Shown piece after piece: positions 28,352-38,555 of a stretch of 64,000 nucleotides of DNA. Both the position numbers and the translations under genes were made by a program. The stretch's first letter is position 1; every line of letters starts with the position of its first letter. Origin of the DNA: an uncultured Lentisphaeria bacterium. Lineage in GTDB: Bacteria; Verrucomicrobiota; Lentisphaeria; Victivallales; UBA1829. The notes beneath the pieces were generated by a model. It had not been told where the DNA came from. It worked only from the letters and a program-made list of their open reading frames with translations, and ran no database searches. The stretch is from the NCBI GenBank assembly GCA_949282305.1, contig CASDPB010000131.1, forward strand, positions 9,405 to 73,404. The letters are read 5' to 3'.

Positions 28352-31300
28352 ATGAAATTAACTTGCGGAATAGGGATCTTCGCTCTCTGTTTTACTATGT
28401 TTGCCGCGGAGCATGTCAAGGTATCGCCGGAAGAGGTGTTGTTTCTTGCGCACTTCAATGCAAAAACAGGGTTTGAGAGGGGAAATGAAGGGGAGCTGAT
28501 CAACAATGCGGAGATCACTTCCGGCAGCGGCGGTTTTCCGTTCAAAGACAGTTCTCCGGCAAATGAAGCACTGAACATTGTCGGCAAAGGAAGATATTTT
28601 TCCATCGGCGCCGATGGAAACTTCAATCCGGCACGGGGGACTCTGCAGTTCATGGTCAAGCCGCAGTGGGGGACAAAAGGGTATAATCACTGTGTCATCT
28701 TCCATCTGGTTTTTGACAAGGAGAAGCGCGGCAGCTATGCGTGGAATGGAGTGAATTCATTCTATATCCAGAAACCGCCTCAGCAGGAACATCTTGGCTT
28801 TACCCAGGACGGCAATCATGCCGCAAATGTGATAAAAAAACAGATCCCGCACAGCCTTGACAGGTGGTATCAGCTGACTGTCACATGGGATGCCGCGGCA
28901 GGGCAGCGCTCTTTTTATATCGACGGGGTGCTGATCGGGACAAAGAAATTTCGTCCGTTCAGCGCACAACCGGTGGAACTCTGCTTCGGCGGACTTAAAA
29001 CATGGAACGGTCAGTCTTTGATCGATGAAGTCAGGATTCTGGACCGGGTTCTTACACCGGAGGAGGTCAGGCAGGATTATGACGCATTGAGGGAAGGCAG
29101 AGAGTTTCCCGCTCCGCCGAAACCGGGAACCGAAGATGTTTCCTTTTTTCCGGTAAAGCCGGAACAACAGCCGGAAAACGCAAATTTTACTGGTGAGGTT
29201 TTTCAGTGTCCCTATCTTGATGCGGATGCGGCTCTGGACGGAACGCTGAGTTCTCCTGTCTGGAAACGAGCCTGTACCGTTGGAAATTTTCTTTTCGCCG
29301 ACGGGAAGAAGCCGGAGGCAGAAACGGAAGTCAAAATATTTCACAATGCGGAGGCGCTGTATCTGGGCGCGGTCATGAAGGAACCGGCGATGCAGTATCT
29401 GTCCGCCCGGTTTGATCAGAATGATTTGAACATCTGGAGCGACGACTGTTTTGAAATGGTTTTTGACATCGCAGGAAGGAGCGATACCTTTTACCATTTC
29501 GTAATCAATGCTTTAGGCTCCTGTTATGATGCGCGTGACGGCAACAAGACGTGGAATGCAAAAGGGATGCGGATCAAGACGAGCCGTCGGAAAGACTGCT
29601 GGATCGTGGAAATGAAGATTCCCTTTGCCGCATTCGGCGTGACGACGCCGCAGGTCGGCGAGTTCTGGGGAATCCGTTTCTGCCGGGAACGTTTTGCGTC
29701 AAAGACGGAATACACATCCAATCCTGTTGTAAAAAACGGACCGTTCAGCCAGAGAAACTATTTTGCGAAACTGCATTTTGCACCCGGCAGTTCGGAATAT
29801 GAACTTGCGCTCCAGCCTGAACAGCAGACATTTCAGATGGGGGTCAATCCTTTGAAGTTCCGCTTGGAGAATCCCAAAGGAATCAAAGGCAAAGTCCGTC
29901 TGAAAACGCTGTTGTACGACAAGAATGGGAAATGTTTGGCTGTGGAAGAGAATGAAACCGGAGTTGCAGATAAGATTTCTCTGGCGGTCAAAGTTGCGGA
30001 TGACCGTGCCGAACGCATGGCGGTTACTGTCCTGATTGATGGAAAAACCGTTTGCGGAACCGTTCTTCGGCGCGGATTCGATTCCACTGGAAAAGGGCTT
30101 CAGGCTCTTGCTGCCGAATTGGACGATATGAATGCTTACCTCGGCGAGCTGGGAAAAATCCGGCATCCGGTGCATTGCGGAGTTGTGTCTTCCATCGAAC
30201 GCATGAAAAATGCTCTGGCGGAATATCGGGAAAAACTGGATTCCGCGCTTGAATCCGGGACAACGGTTTCTGAGGCGGAGACAGCGGAAATCGCGGCGCT
30301 GGCAAACGGATTCCGCAGATTTCAGGACAAATACCGTTATCTTGCCTGGGAGACCTCTCCGTGGGAATTCGGCTCTCCGGAAGCTCTGCCGCCGGTGAAT
30401 TATAAACACAACCTGAAACTGGATTACCGGGTGGCGGGAAATGAGCGTGAAGCCAAGGTTTTTATCCTTTCCGGGCTCCTGTGCGGAAAACGCCTTGATC
30501 TTCGGATTATGCCGCGTTCCTATGATACGAGTGGAAAGTTTATTTCAACGGATCAGTTTGAAGTGTATCAGGAGCCGTTTGTCAATCATAACGGCGATCT
30601 TATTACTGCACCGCTGGTCCGGGCACCCGGAAATATCGTGACTCTGACTCCCGGCACCAATGTGCGCGTCTGGGTGATCTTCAATTCCCGCGGTGTGGCT
30701 CCCGGAAATTATGCGATGGAAATTGAAATCAAGCCGCAGTATGATTACAGCATTCCGAACAGAAGCATTCCCGTTGCATTGAAAGTTTGGAACTTCACAC
30801 TTCCCGAAACGCATGAATGGCCGATTGATATGTTTTTCTGGGGTCCTCAGTTGAGCGGTATTGATGAAACTGCCATGCTGCGCCTGATGCATAATTACCA
30901 CGTAAAGTGGACTATGACCGAATCCCACAGCTATCTGAATGGTTTTATCCGTGACCGCCGCTGGTTCGGAAGAGCGCCCGCGGGAAAGAAATACGATGAG
31001 AATTTAGTGAAACATGCGAATCAGGAGTTTTTTGAAGAAGCGAAACGCCTGAAAATGAAGATTGTATTTGCCTGGGGAACAGGTCCCGATGCGAACTGGC
31101 ATAAACTCATGGCGGACCGTCTGCTGAAAATGGGTTTCACCTATCGGGATTTTATTTTCCACGGACTGCTGCGGGATGAATTTACCAGGAAAAATATTCC
31201 AGCGGAGGAGGCTGCGCGCCGGGAGACGAAAAAAGTGCTGCCCGAGGCTCAATTCATGGCGACTTATCTATCTACTCCGCCTCCCAGCGGTGCGACACTG

Positions 31301-31858
31301 GAAGATATTGAACAGACCGGGCTTAGTGATTTCTTCAAAGTCTGGGCTGTGATCTCCGGCAGACTTGAGGGAAAGCAGGGACCGGAAACCAAAGAATTTT
31401 TCCGGAGACGCGGAAATATCCTGTGGGCATACCGCTGCCAGACTCAAATGCAGCTTCAGTCTATCCTTTCCTATTACCGTTTCTTCCCGTGGACGGGATA
31501 TCTGGAGGGACTTGACGGTGTTGCCTTCTGGTGCTCATACAGCGCGAAGGGCGATGACGGATTCGATCATCGCGACGGTTACGACGACGGCATCACGTGG
31601 CGTGGAATTGACAAGAAGCCGGTTCCAACGAAACGGCTTGAAGCCGTAAGAGAAGGGCTGGAGGACGTCGCTTACATGCACATACTGAAAAAGAGGATTG
31701 CTGCGGCAAAAAATAAGGGAATAGACTGTTCCGGATATGAAAAACTCCTGACGGTCATGCCGAAGGAAATCATGCGGGACGAGTCGCAGAAGAAACTGGA
31801 TCTCTGGCGTCTTGAGGTGGGGGAGGCGATCGACAAACTCTCCCGCCAGATGAAATAA
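28352..31858 (+). CDS. large secreted CAZyme: LamG + CBM9-like + TIM-barrel/DUF4091 (GH123-like)
   Basis: Signal peptide; LamG (WYQLTVTWD...YIDG...IDEVRI), CBM9-like (LDG.L..PVW, W.DDCFE, W.VEMKIPF), adjacent DE pair (RDEF), C-terminal RLEAVREGLED. Confidence 0.75.
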   Translation: MKLTCGIGIFALCFTMFAAEHVKVSPEEVLFLAHFNAKTGFERGNEGELINNAEITSGSGGFPFKDSSPANEALNIVGKGRYFSIGADGNFNPARGTLQFMVKPQWGTKGYNHCVIFHLVFDKEKRGSYAWNGVNSFYIQKPPQQEHLGFTQDGNHAANVIKKQIPHSLDRWYQLTVTWDAAAGQRSFYIDGVLIGTKKFRPFSAQPVELCFGGLKTWNGQSLIDEVRILDRVLTPEEVRQDYDALREGREFPAPPKPGTEDVSFFPVKPEQQPENANFTGEVFQCPYLDADAALDGTLSSPVWKRACTVGNFLFADGKKPEAETEVKIFHNAEALYLGAVMKEPAMQYLSARFDQNDLNIWSDDCFEMVFDIAGRSDTFYHFVINALGSCYDARDGNKTWNAKGMRIKTSRRKDCWIVEMKIPFAAFGVTTPQVGEFWGIRFCRERFASKTEYTSNPVVKNGPFSQRNYFAKLHFAPGSSEYELALQPEQQTFQMGVNPLKFRLENPKGIKGKVRLKTLLYDKNGKCLAVEENETGVADKISLAVKVADDRAERMAVTVLIDGKTVCGTVLRRGFDSTGKGLQALAAELDDMNAYLGELGKIRHPVHCGVVSSIERMKNALAEYREKLDSALESGTTVSEAETAEIAALANGFRRFQDKYRYLAWETSPWEFGSPEALPPVNYKHNLKLDYRVAGNEREAKVFILSGLLCGKRLDLRIMPRSYDTSGKFISTDQFEVYQEPFVNHNGDLITAPLVRAPGNIVTLTPGTNVRVWVIFNSRGVAPGNYAMEIEIKPQYDYSIPNRSIPVALKVWNFTLPETHEWPIDMFFWGPQLSGIDETAMLRLMHNYHVKWTMTESHSYLNGFIRDRRWFGRAPAGKKYDENLVKHANQEFFEEAKRLKMKIVFAWGTGPDANWHKLMADRLLKMGFTYRDFIFHGLLRDEFTRKNIPAEEAARRETKKVLPEAQFMATYLSTPPPSGATLEDIEQTGLSDFFKVWAVISGRLEGKQGPETKEFFRRRGNILWAYRCQTQMQLQSILSYYRFFPWTGYLEGLDGVAFWCSYSAKGDDGFDHRDGYDDGITWRGIDKKPVPTKRLEAVREGLEDVAYMHILKKRIAAAKNKGIDCSGYEKLLTVMPKEIMRDESQKKLDLWRLEVGEAIDKLSRQMK

Positions 31859-31880
31859 GGAGTGCAGCTGCAAGCCGGAT

Positions 31881-32813
31881 TCATGAAACGTCCGGCTTAT
31901 TCCGCTTCGGGAAAGAGGAGCAGGCAATGCCGGAAATGACCAGGACGGCGCCGGCGATTTCAAACAGTCCCAGGGATTCGCCGAGCAGTCCCCATGCCAT
32001 AAGAATTGTCATGATCGGAGTCAGATACTGCATGATCGTAACGAGATTCAGGCTGATGCGTCCCATGGCGGCGTTCCATGCGTAAAAGCCGAGCGCCGTC
32101 GGGAAAACCGCAAGGTAGATCATCAGACTCCAGACCGCTCCCGATTGAGGCAGGGTGATTTCCCCGAGCCGAAAGCAGTTGATGACCAGAAGAGAGGCGG
32201 AGGCAAACAGCATCGACCAGGTCGTTACGGCAAGATCGTTGCCGGGAGTCACGACTTTTTTCGCGTAAACTGCCGCGATCGACCAGCTCAATGCCGAAAC
32301 AAGCACCAGCAGATCCCCGCGGAAACTTGTCGGAGAATACGCGAAGCCGTGTTCCGTAATCACGCCGATCACCATCATGCAGCCGAGCGTTCCCAACGCC
32401 ATCCCGATTCCCTGCCGGAGCGAGATTTTTTCCCCGATGAACAGTCCCAGCAGAATCGTCAGCACCGGAGCGCTTGACATAATCATGGAGGAGTTGATCG
32501 CCGTAGTGTAACGCTGTCCCCAGAACAGAAAAACGCTCATTCCCACGAAGGAGAACTGGCTCAGCAGCGCGACTTTCAGATAATCGCGTTTGGAAAGCGC
32601 AAACAATGATTTCGGGGTTGTCACCAGGCAGATGAGGAACAGCAGCAGTCCTCCGCCGCTGAACCGCAGCAGGGAGAGGGTCACGGGATCGACTTTCGCC
32701 TGTTCTCCGCGCATCAGCCAGCGGGTTGCAACGTAAACCGTCGCCCACAGAAACGCCGAAAGAAAAGACCAGAACACACCCCATCGCCGGGAGACGTTTT
32801 TTCCCTTGTTCAC
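31881..32813 (-). CDS. DMT/EamA-family transporter
   Basis: About 10 TM helices in two EamA repeats (LRF, GEK, YLTP, LGE). Confidence 0.9.
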   Translation of the reverse strand: MNKGKNVSRRWGVFWSFLSAFLWATVYVATRWLMRGEQAKVDPVTLSLLRFSGGGLLLFLICLVTTPKSLFALSKRDYLKVALLSQFSFVGMSVFLFWGQRYTTAINSSMIMSSAPVLTILLGLFIGEKISLRQGIGMALGTLGCMMVIGVITEHGFAYSPTSFRGDLLVLVSALSWSIAAVYAKKVVTPGNDLAVTTWSMLFASASLLVINCFRLGEITLPQSGAVWSLMIYLAVFPTALGFYAWNAAMGRISLNLVTIMQYLTPIMTILMAWGLLGESLGLFEIAGAVLVISGIACSSFPKRNKPDVS

Positions 32814-33274
32814 TTTTCCGCATCCTTCTCATAAACCGGGATCGCGGAGGTATCCTTGACCGTCTGGAGAATCAGGAGCGTCTGGCAGTCCCTGACTCCG
32901 AGCCTGCCGAGCTTGCGCACCAGCGACACATGGGCTTCCGGATCTTTTTCCCGAACCTTGATCAGATAGTAGAAGTCTCCCGCCATGAAGTGCACCTCCT
33001 GGACTTCCGGCAGCGCCGCGATCTTCTTTCCGACAGTCACTTCTCCCAGTTTCTCGTCCGCATGGATTTTGATGAAGCTGCCCATTCCCAGCCCGAGCGC
33101 GCGGGGATCGATCTTCGCCTCATATCCGGTGATGATTTTTTCCTGTTCCATCCGCTGAATCCGTTTCAGGACGGCGGACGGTGCAAGTTTGATTTTTCTT
33201 GCAATTTCCGCATTGGGCATTCTGGCGTTCTGCTGGAGCAGACGCAGAATCGCCTTGTCTGTTTTATCGAGCAT
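32810..33274 (-). CDS. Lrp/AsnC-family regulator
   Basis: MLDKTDKAILRLLQQNAR, RIQRME...IITGY, GDFYYLIKV. Confidence 0.93.
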   Translation of the reverse strand: MLDKTDKAILRLLQQNARMPNAEIARKIKLAPSAVLKRIQRMEQEKIITGYEAKIDPRALGLGMGSFIKIHADEKLGEVTVGKKIAALPEVQEVHFMAGDFYYLIKVREKDPEAHVSLVRKLGRLGVRDCQTLLILQTVKDTSAIPVYEKDAEK

Positions 33275-33300
33275 GATTCTTCTCTGAATTTGATTTGTTT

Positions 33301-33346
33301 TAGAATAATATTCTGTTTTTATTTCTTTTAAAAGAATATCATTCCA
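33301..33346. promoter_or_regulatory. two Lrp-type binding boxes upstream of the Lrp/AsnC gene
   Basis: 33301-33315 reads CAGAATATTATTCTA on the minus strand, a 15/15 match to E. coli Lrp consensus YAGHAWATTWTDCTR. A weaker box AAGAATATCATTCCA lies at 33332-33346. Confidence 0.6.
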
Positions 33347-33482
33347 TAAAAATGCAAGCGATATTTTCAGGAAAATGGAGAAATCTGCAATCTTTTGTTC
33401 CGCGCAAAGGCATTCCGTGTCTGTCTGTTGACGTAAGACAGAACGCTTGACTTTTTCTTTTTACGGATTAAATTACGCCATT

Positions 33483-33522
33483 CCCGTTGTCAATCCTGAT
33501 TATACGCAGGATTGACAACGGG
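33483..33522. repeat. perfect 16-bp inverted repeat
   Basis: CCCGTTGTCAATCCTG-ATTATACG-CAGGATTGACAACGGG. Confidence 0.85.
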
Positions 33523-33585
33523 ATTTCGGGATTCCGAAGAATGAAATTTGCAATTTCGCCTTTTCCTGCTATATTATATGCCGAA

Positions 33586-33705
33586 GTTTTCTTCAGGGCA
33601 AGGTGCGACTCCTTACCGGCGGTAAAGTCCGCGAGCGGGTTCGATGAACCGCAGACATGGTGCGATTCCATGACCGACAGTTAAAGTCTGGATGAGAGAA
33701 GAAAC
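33586..33705 (+). ncRNA. FMN riboswitch (RFN element)
   Basis: Conserved blocks CTTCAGGGCAAGGTG, CCTTACCGGCGGTAAAGTCCGCGAG, GACCGACAGTTAAAGTCTGGATGAGAGAAG directly upstream of ribBA. Confidence 0.95.
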
Positions 33706-33801
33706 GGCGTTGACGGCATACATGACTTTCAAATGTCCCCGCCTCACTTGTTCTTCCCCTCCGCCCCTGCAAATATTAAATTCAGCAAGGAGGCTGAGAA
33801 A

Positions 33802-35022
33802 ATGAACTTTGAATTCGACAGTGTGGAATCCGTTCTGGAGGATGTCAGAAACGGCAGACTCATCATCGTCACTGATGATGAAAACCGGGAAAACGAAGGC
33901 GATCTGGTTTGCGCGACGGAAAAAGTGACTCCGGAAATCATCAACTTCATGGCAAAATACGCCCGCGGTCTGATCTGCGCTCCGATCACCGAGGAACGTG
34001 CGAAAGAACTCGGCATCACGCGTCCGCCCTCCACGGATCATTATCATACGCCGTTTACCGAGAGCGTCGATGCCGCGGAGGGAATCACGACCGGTATTTC
34101 CGCGTTCGACCGCGCTTATACGATCCGTCTTATGATGAACCCCGGAACCACGCGCAAGGATTTTGTGACTCCCGGGCATGTCTTCCCGCTGGCGGCGCGG
34201 CCCGGCGGGGTTCTCCAGAGAACCGGGCATACGGAAGCCTGCGTTGACCTTGCGCGCATGGCGGGGCTTTACCCTGCGGGAGCGATCTGCGAGATCATGA
34301 AGGACAACGGCGAGATGGCGCGTCTGCCGGAACTGATGGAATTCAAAAAGAAGCACGGGCTCAAGATTCTTTCCATTGCGGACCTGATCGCCTACCGCCG
34401 CCGCACGGAACATCTGGTCGTGTGCGAGGAATCCGTCAAACTGCCTACAAAGTATGGTGATTTCCAGATGTATCTCTACCGTTCCAGGATCGACAATTCG
34501 ACGCATCTTGCCCTGGTCTGCGGGGACGTCAAGGGAAAAGAGTCGGTTCTTGTGCGGGTTCACAGCGAGTGTCTGACGGGAGATGTTTTCGGCTCCGCGC
34601 GCTGCGACTGCGGCGACCAGCTCCACACCGCCATGAAGATGATTGCGGAGGAAGGCTGCGGCGTATTGGTCTACATGCGTCAGGAAGGACGCGGCATCGG
34701 GCTTGAGAACAAACTTCATGCCTACAAACTGCAGGAGCAGGGCTGCGACACGGTCGAGGCGAATGAACGTCTCGGTTTCCCCGCCGATCTGCGCGAATAC
34801 GGAGTCGGGGCGCAGATTTTGCTTGATCTCGGCATCAAGGGGGTGCGTCTGCTGACCAATAATCCGCAGAAGATCGTCGGCATCGACGGCTACGGCTTGA
34901 AAATCGTGGAGCGTGTCCCGATCATCATTCCGCCTCAGGAACACGACAGGTATTACCTTGAGACCAAGAAGATGAAAATGGGGCATCTGCTTGACGGCGC
35001 AGGACAGCCCGGATGCCCCTGA
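33802..35022 (+). CDS. ribBA: bifunctional DHBP synthase / GTP cyclohydrolase II
   Basis: [54 protein letters not shown] at 33802 follows AAGGAGG. Confidence 0.97.
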   Translation: MNFEFDSVESVLEDVRNGRLIIVTDDENRENEGDLVCATEKVTPEIINFMAKYARGLICAPITEERAKELGITRPPSTDHYHTPFTESVDAAEGITTGISAFDRAYTIRLMMNPGTTRKDFVTPGHVFPLAARPGGVLQRTGHTEACVDLARMAGLYPAGAICEIMKDNGEMARLPELMEFKKKHGLKILSIADLIAYRRRTEHLVVCEESVKLPTKYGDFQMYLYRSRIDNSTHLALVCGDVKGKESVLVRVHSECLTGDVFGSARCDCGDQLHTAMKMIAEEGCGVLVYMRQEGRGIGLENKLHAYKLQEQGCDTVEANERLGFPADLREYGVGAQILLDLGIKGVRLLTNNPQKIVGIDGYGLKIVERVPIIIPPQEHDRYYLETKKMKMGHLLDGAGQPGCP

Positions 35023-35108
35023 GTGATGAAAAGCGCCGCAGACGCCGTTTTTTCTCCGGTGTTTTTCATCTTTTTCATTTTTCTTGTCCGCACTGTTTTC
35101 ATTTTAAG

Positions 35109-35137
35109 TTGAAACACCCGGAAAAACAAAGTATATT
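35109..35137 (+). promoter_or_regulatory. internal promoter before ribH
   Basis: TTGAAA-N17-TATATT. Confidence 0.65.
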
Positions 35138-35222
35138 ACACGGATTTAAAAAATATGGCGGAGTTAAGTTCAGTTTCATGATTTTTCTGCGATCTGGAAC
35201 TTGAAACTCCAATTAACATGGG

Positions 35223-35708
35223 ATGGATGTGAAAATGGCAGTTTATGAAGGAATGTTGAAAGCCGAAGGGCTGAAATTCGCAATCGTGTGTTCACGGTTC
35301 AATGAGTTCTTTGTCAGCAAACTTCTCGGGGGTGCGCTGGACACAATTGTGCGTCATGGCGGCGACAGGGAGAATGTCGATGTCGTATGGGTTCCGGGGG
35401 CATTCGAGATCCCGTTCATGGTTTCCAAACTGATGGACGTCGGGAAATATGATGCGGTCATCAGTCTCGGCTGCGTGATTCAGGGGTCCACGGCACATGC
35501 GGACTACATCAACAGCCAGGTATCCAAGGCTCTCGGACAGCTGGCGATTGAAAAGGGCGTTCCGGCGATTTACGGCGTTGTCACCACCGAGAATATCGAG
35601 CAGGCGATTGAGCGCAGCGGCACAAAGGCGGGGAACCGCGGTGCGGATGCGGCGCATACGGCGATTGAGATGGCGAATCTGGTAAAGACAATTCCTCAGA
35701 AAGTTTGA
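35223..35708 (+). CDS. ribH: 6,7-dimethyl-8-ribityllumazine synthase
   Basis: SRFN, VPGAFEIP, LGCVI.G.T.H, QAIER.GTKAGN.G. Start may be 35235. Confidence 0.96.
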   Translation: MDVKMAVYEGMLKAEGLKFAIVCSRFNEFFVSKLLGGALDTIVRHGGDRENVDVVWVPGAFEIPFMVSKLMDVGKYDAVISLGCVIQGSTAHADYINSQVSKALGQLAIEKGVPAIYGVVTTENIEQAIERSGTKAGNRGADAAHTAIEMANLVKTIPQKV

Positions 35709-35718
35709 GACTGCCATC

Positions 35719-36267
35719 ATGAATGAGTCAGAAAACAATCCGGCGGAAAGAAGCCAGAGAAAAAATGAGCATATTGCGCCGATGCTCCATTTCAAGCGGA
35801 TGGGGCGCGAGCTTGCGATGCAGTATCTTTTTCAGTGCGATCTTGCCGGAAACGACAATTTTTCCGAATCACTTGAGAACTTCTGGACTCAGGCGGAGGA
35901 GTCCGGCGAGTTTCCGTCGAACCGTATCTTCCGCAAAGCCCGCAACTATGCGGAGAAAATCATTGCCGGGGTTTATGAACACGAACAGGAAATAGACAGG
36001 ACCATTGAGTCTTTCTCGAAGAAGTGGGACATTGACCGGATGCCCGTCGTGGACCGCAATATCATGCGCGTCGCAATTTTCGAGTTGGAATTCTGCCCGG
36101 ATATTCCGGCTCTGGTCAGCATTGACGAGGCGATTGAGATTTCAAAGGACTTCAGTTCCGAGAAATCCGGCGTTTTCATCAACGGGATCCTGAACGGCGT
36201 GAAAGATTCGCTCCCCGCCGGAGCGAAAAATCCTCCCGGACAGAAAACCAACGGAGAAAATGACTGA
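35719..36267 (+). CDS. nusB: transcription antitermination factor NusB
   Basis: RELAMQYLFQ, W..DRM..VDRNIMR, IDEAIEISK.F, FINGIL; follows ribH. Confidence 0.93.
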   Translation: MNESENNPAERSQRKNEHIAPMLHFKRMGRELAMQYLFQCDLAGNDNFSESLENFWTQAEESGEFPSNRIFRKARNYAEKIIAGVYEHEQEIDRTIESFSKKWDIDRMPVVDRNIMRVAIFELEFCPDIPALVSIDEAIEISKDFSSEKSGVFINGILNGVKDSLPAGAKNPPGQKTNGEND

Positions 36268-37196
36268 TGTCGATATTCGATACATTTAAGCGGGGACTTC
36301 AAAAGACGGCAACGGCTCTTTCCCGTTCCGTCGGCGGTATTTTCACCAAAGTTGAAAAATGGGATGACGAGACTTTCAAAAAACTTGAAAATGAACTCAT
36401 CTCCGCAGACTTCGGCGTCGCTGCGACAAAAAAGATCATGGCGGACATCAGGGACCGCTATCAACGCGGGATTCTGAACGGTTCCGACGACATTCTGAAT
36501 GTCGCAAAGGAAGATATGATTGCAATGCTGAAACCGGGCACACGCAGGCTCCGGACGGCTCCGGACGGTTCCTTGACGGTGATCCTGATGGTCGGCGTGA
36601 ACGGCAGCGGCAAGACCACCACCGCCGGAAAACTCGCTTATCTGTTGACGAATCAGGGCAGAAAAGTGACACTCGCCGCCTGTGACACGTTCCGTGCGGC
36701 GGCGGTCGAGCAGCTCAAACTCTGGGGGGAACGCACCAATTCGCAGGTTGTGGCTTCCAGGCAGGGGGCAGACGCCGCGGCGGTTGCCTATGACGCTGTT
36801 TCCTCGGCGATTGCGCGCGGATCGGACTATCTGATTATTGATACCGCGGGGCGTCAGCACAATCAGAAGGCGCTCATGGAGGAACTGGCGAAAATGCTGC
36901 GGATCATCAAAAAGCTGAAACCGGACGCCCCGCATGAGACTTTGTTGACCATTGATTCCAGTATCGGAACCAATGCGATTGCACAGGCACGTGAGTTTGC
37001 CGCCCTTTCCGGCGCAAGCGCACTGGTTCTGACCAAACTGGACGGCACCGGAAAAGGCGGCGCCGCGGCGGCGATTCAGGATGAATTCAAACTGCCGATT
37101 CTGTTCGTCGGGCTGGGTGAAGCTCCGGACGATCTTCAGGAATTTTCGCCCGAACATTATGCGGAGGCGATTTTTCTCGGGGACAAAAAGGATTGA
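36267..37196 (+). CDS. ftsY: signal recognition particle receptor FtsY
   Basis: GVNGSGKTTT, DTFRAAAVEQL, DTAGR, TKLDGTGKGG. Confidence 0.96.
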   Translation: MSIFDTFKRGLQKTATALSRSVGGIFTKVEKWDDETFKKLENELISADFGVAATKKIMADIRDRYQRGILNGSDDILNVAKEDMIAMLKPGTRRLRTAPDGSLTVILMVGVNGSGKTTTAGKLAYLLTNQGRKVTLAACDTFRAAAVEQLKLWGERTNSQVVASRQGADAAAVAYDAVSSAIARGSDYLIIDTAGRQHNQKALMEELAKMLRIIKKLKPDAPHETLLTIDSSIGTNAIAQAREFAALSGASALVLTKLDGTGKGGAAAAIQDEFKLPILFVGLGEAPDDLQEFSPEHYAEAIFLGDKKD

Positions 37197-37269
37197 CGGT
37201 TGTTTCCGATTTGTTTCAAAAAATGAAATGCAGGCGGGCGGCGGCTCCTCTGCGGGAATAGGAGGCAGG

Positions 37270-38547
37270 ATGAAAGTGCGAATCTTACTGACGGCCATGT
37301 TCTTTTCGGCGACGGTCATACTTCAGGCAGCGCAATTTGAATTGGCGGACAGTTTTGACAAGCAGGGAACGCTTTTTGACAAGCTGACTCCTGCCAACCT
37401 GCAGAACAACTCCGTGCTGAAAGCCGGTTCCAATTTCAAATGGCTGTCCTATAAACGCGACGCCGCGCGCTATCAGGCGCTCAGCCGCAGGAATATCACT
37501 TTCCTTTCCGAAGTGGTGCCGGAGGCGATTGTCCGCTTTAAAGACGGCAGGCTCAGCCGTTTTTATATCGCCGTATACAACAAGGGCGATTCGGAGCCGA
37601 TTACCGATGAAGAGGAGTTTGAACGGAAGGTTGAAGCGCTGACGGAAAAGCTGTCGGAGAAAACCGGAGTCCGCCCGCAGGAAAACCAGAGACGTCTCGG
37701 TTCCAAGGCAAAAGTGAAGATGCGTGTCTGGAATACGCCGGTTCTCAGTTATCAGCTGCGCTGGAGTTCGAGCGACAAAGACTTTTTCCTCGCCGAATAT
37801 ATTCTCGTCACCATTGAACGGAATCAGGGGACGGAGGAAAACAGTACGGTGGTCGGCAAAGTGGAAAAAAGCGCCTCCCAGCTTTCCGCCAACGTCAGGA
37901 AGACGCCTGCGAACGATGTTTACATCGACGGCATTCCGATGGTGGACCAGGGCGCAAAGGGATATTGCGTTCCCGCAGTCGTGGAACGCATTATGAAATA
38001 TTATGGTTCGGATGACGTCACGCAGCATACCATTGCGCAGATTGCCGGCACCGGAGTCACCGGCACCAATGCGGAAGAGATGTACAGTTCGCTGAAGCGC
38101 ATCAGCAACCGCCTCGGATGCCGTCTGGAGTGCCATTATTCATTCATAGACGACATCCGGGATTTCCGGAGCTTCATAGACCGCTACAACGGTATTGCCA
38201 AAAGAAACAAGGCACCGCTTTTGAAGATTGTGACACGCGGCGATGTGATTTCCGTAAGCGCGACATTGAAGAATATCAGGCAGGACATTTTCGAGAAAGC
38301 CAGGCTGGACGACAAGAGGGAATTCAAAAAATTCAATAAGCGGATTCATGATTTCATTGATAAGGGGATTCCCGTCATCTGGTGCGTCCCCGGGCCCATG
38401 CGCATGATTATCGGCTATAACGACAGGGACTCCTCAATTGTGTTTTCCGATACGTGGGGAGCAAAATACGAGTTCCAGAAGATGAAAACGGACAAGGCAT
38501 GGACCATGACGCAGGCCATGTATACGCTGGAGCCGAGAAAGAAGTAA
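37270..38547 (+). CDS. secreted protein with C-terminal C39-like (papain-fold) domain
   Basis: Signal peptide; IPMVDQG.KGYC, YYG, MRMIIGYN, DTWG. Confidence 0.65.
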   Translation: MKVRILLTAMFFSATVILQAAQFELADSFDKQGTLFDKLTPANLQNNSVLKAGSNFKWLSYKRDAARYQALSRRNITFLSEVVPEAIVRFKDGRLSRFYIAVYNKGDSEPITDEEEFERKVEALTEKLSEKTGVRPQENQRRLGSKAKVKMRVWNTPVLSYQLRWSSSDKDFFLAEYILVTIERNQGTEENSTVVGKVEKSASQLSANVRKTPANDVYIDGIPMVDQGAKGYCVPAVVERIMKYYGSDDVTQHTIAQIAGTGVTGTNAEEMYSSLKRISNRLGCRLECHYSFIDDIRDFRSFIDRYNGIAKRNKAPLLKIVTRGDVISVSATLKNIRQDIFEKARLDDKREFKKFNKRIHDFIDKGIPVIWCVPGPMRMIIGYNDRDSSIVFSDTWGAKYEFQKMKTDKAWTMTQAMYTLEPRKK

Positions 38548-38555
38548 ATGCAGAA

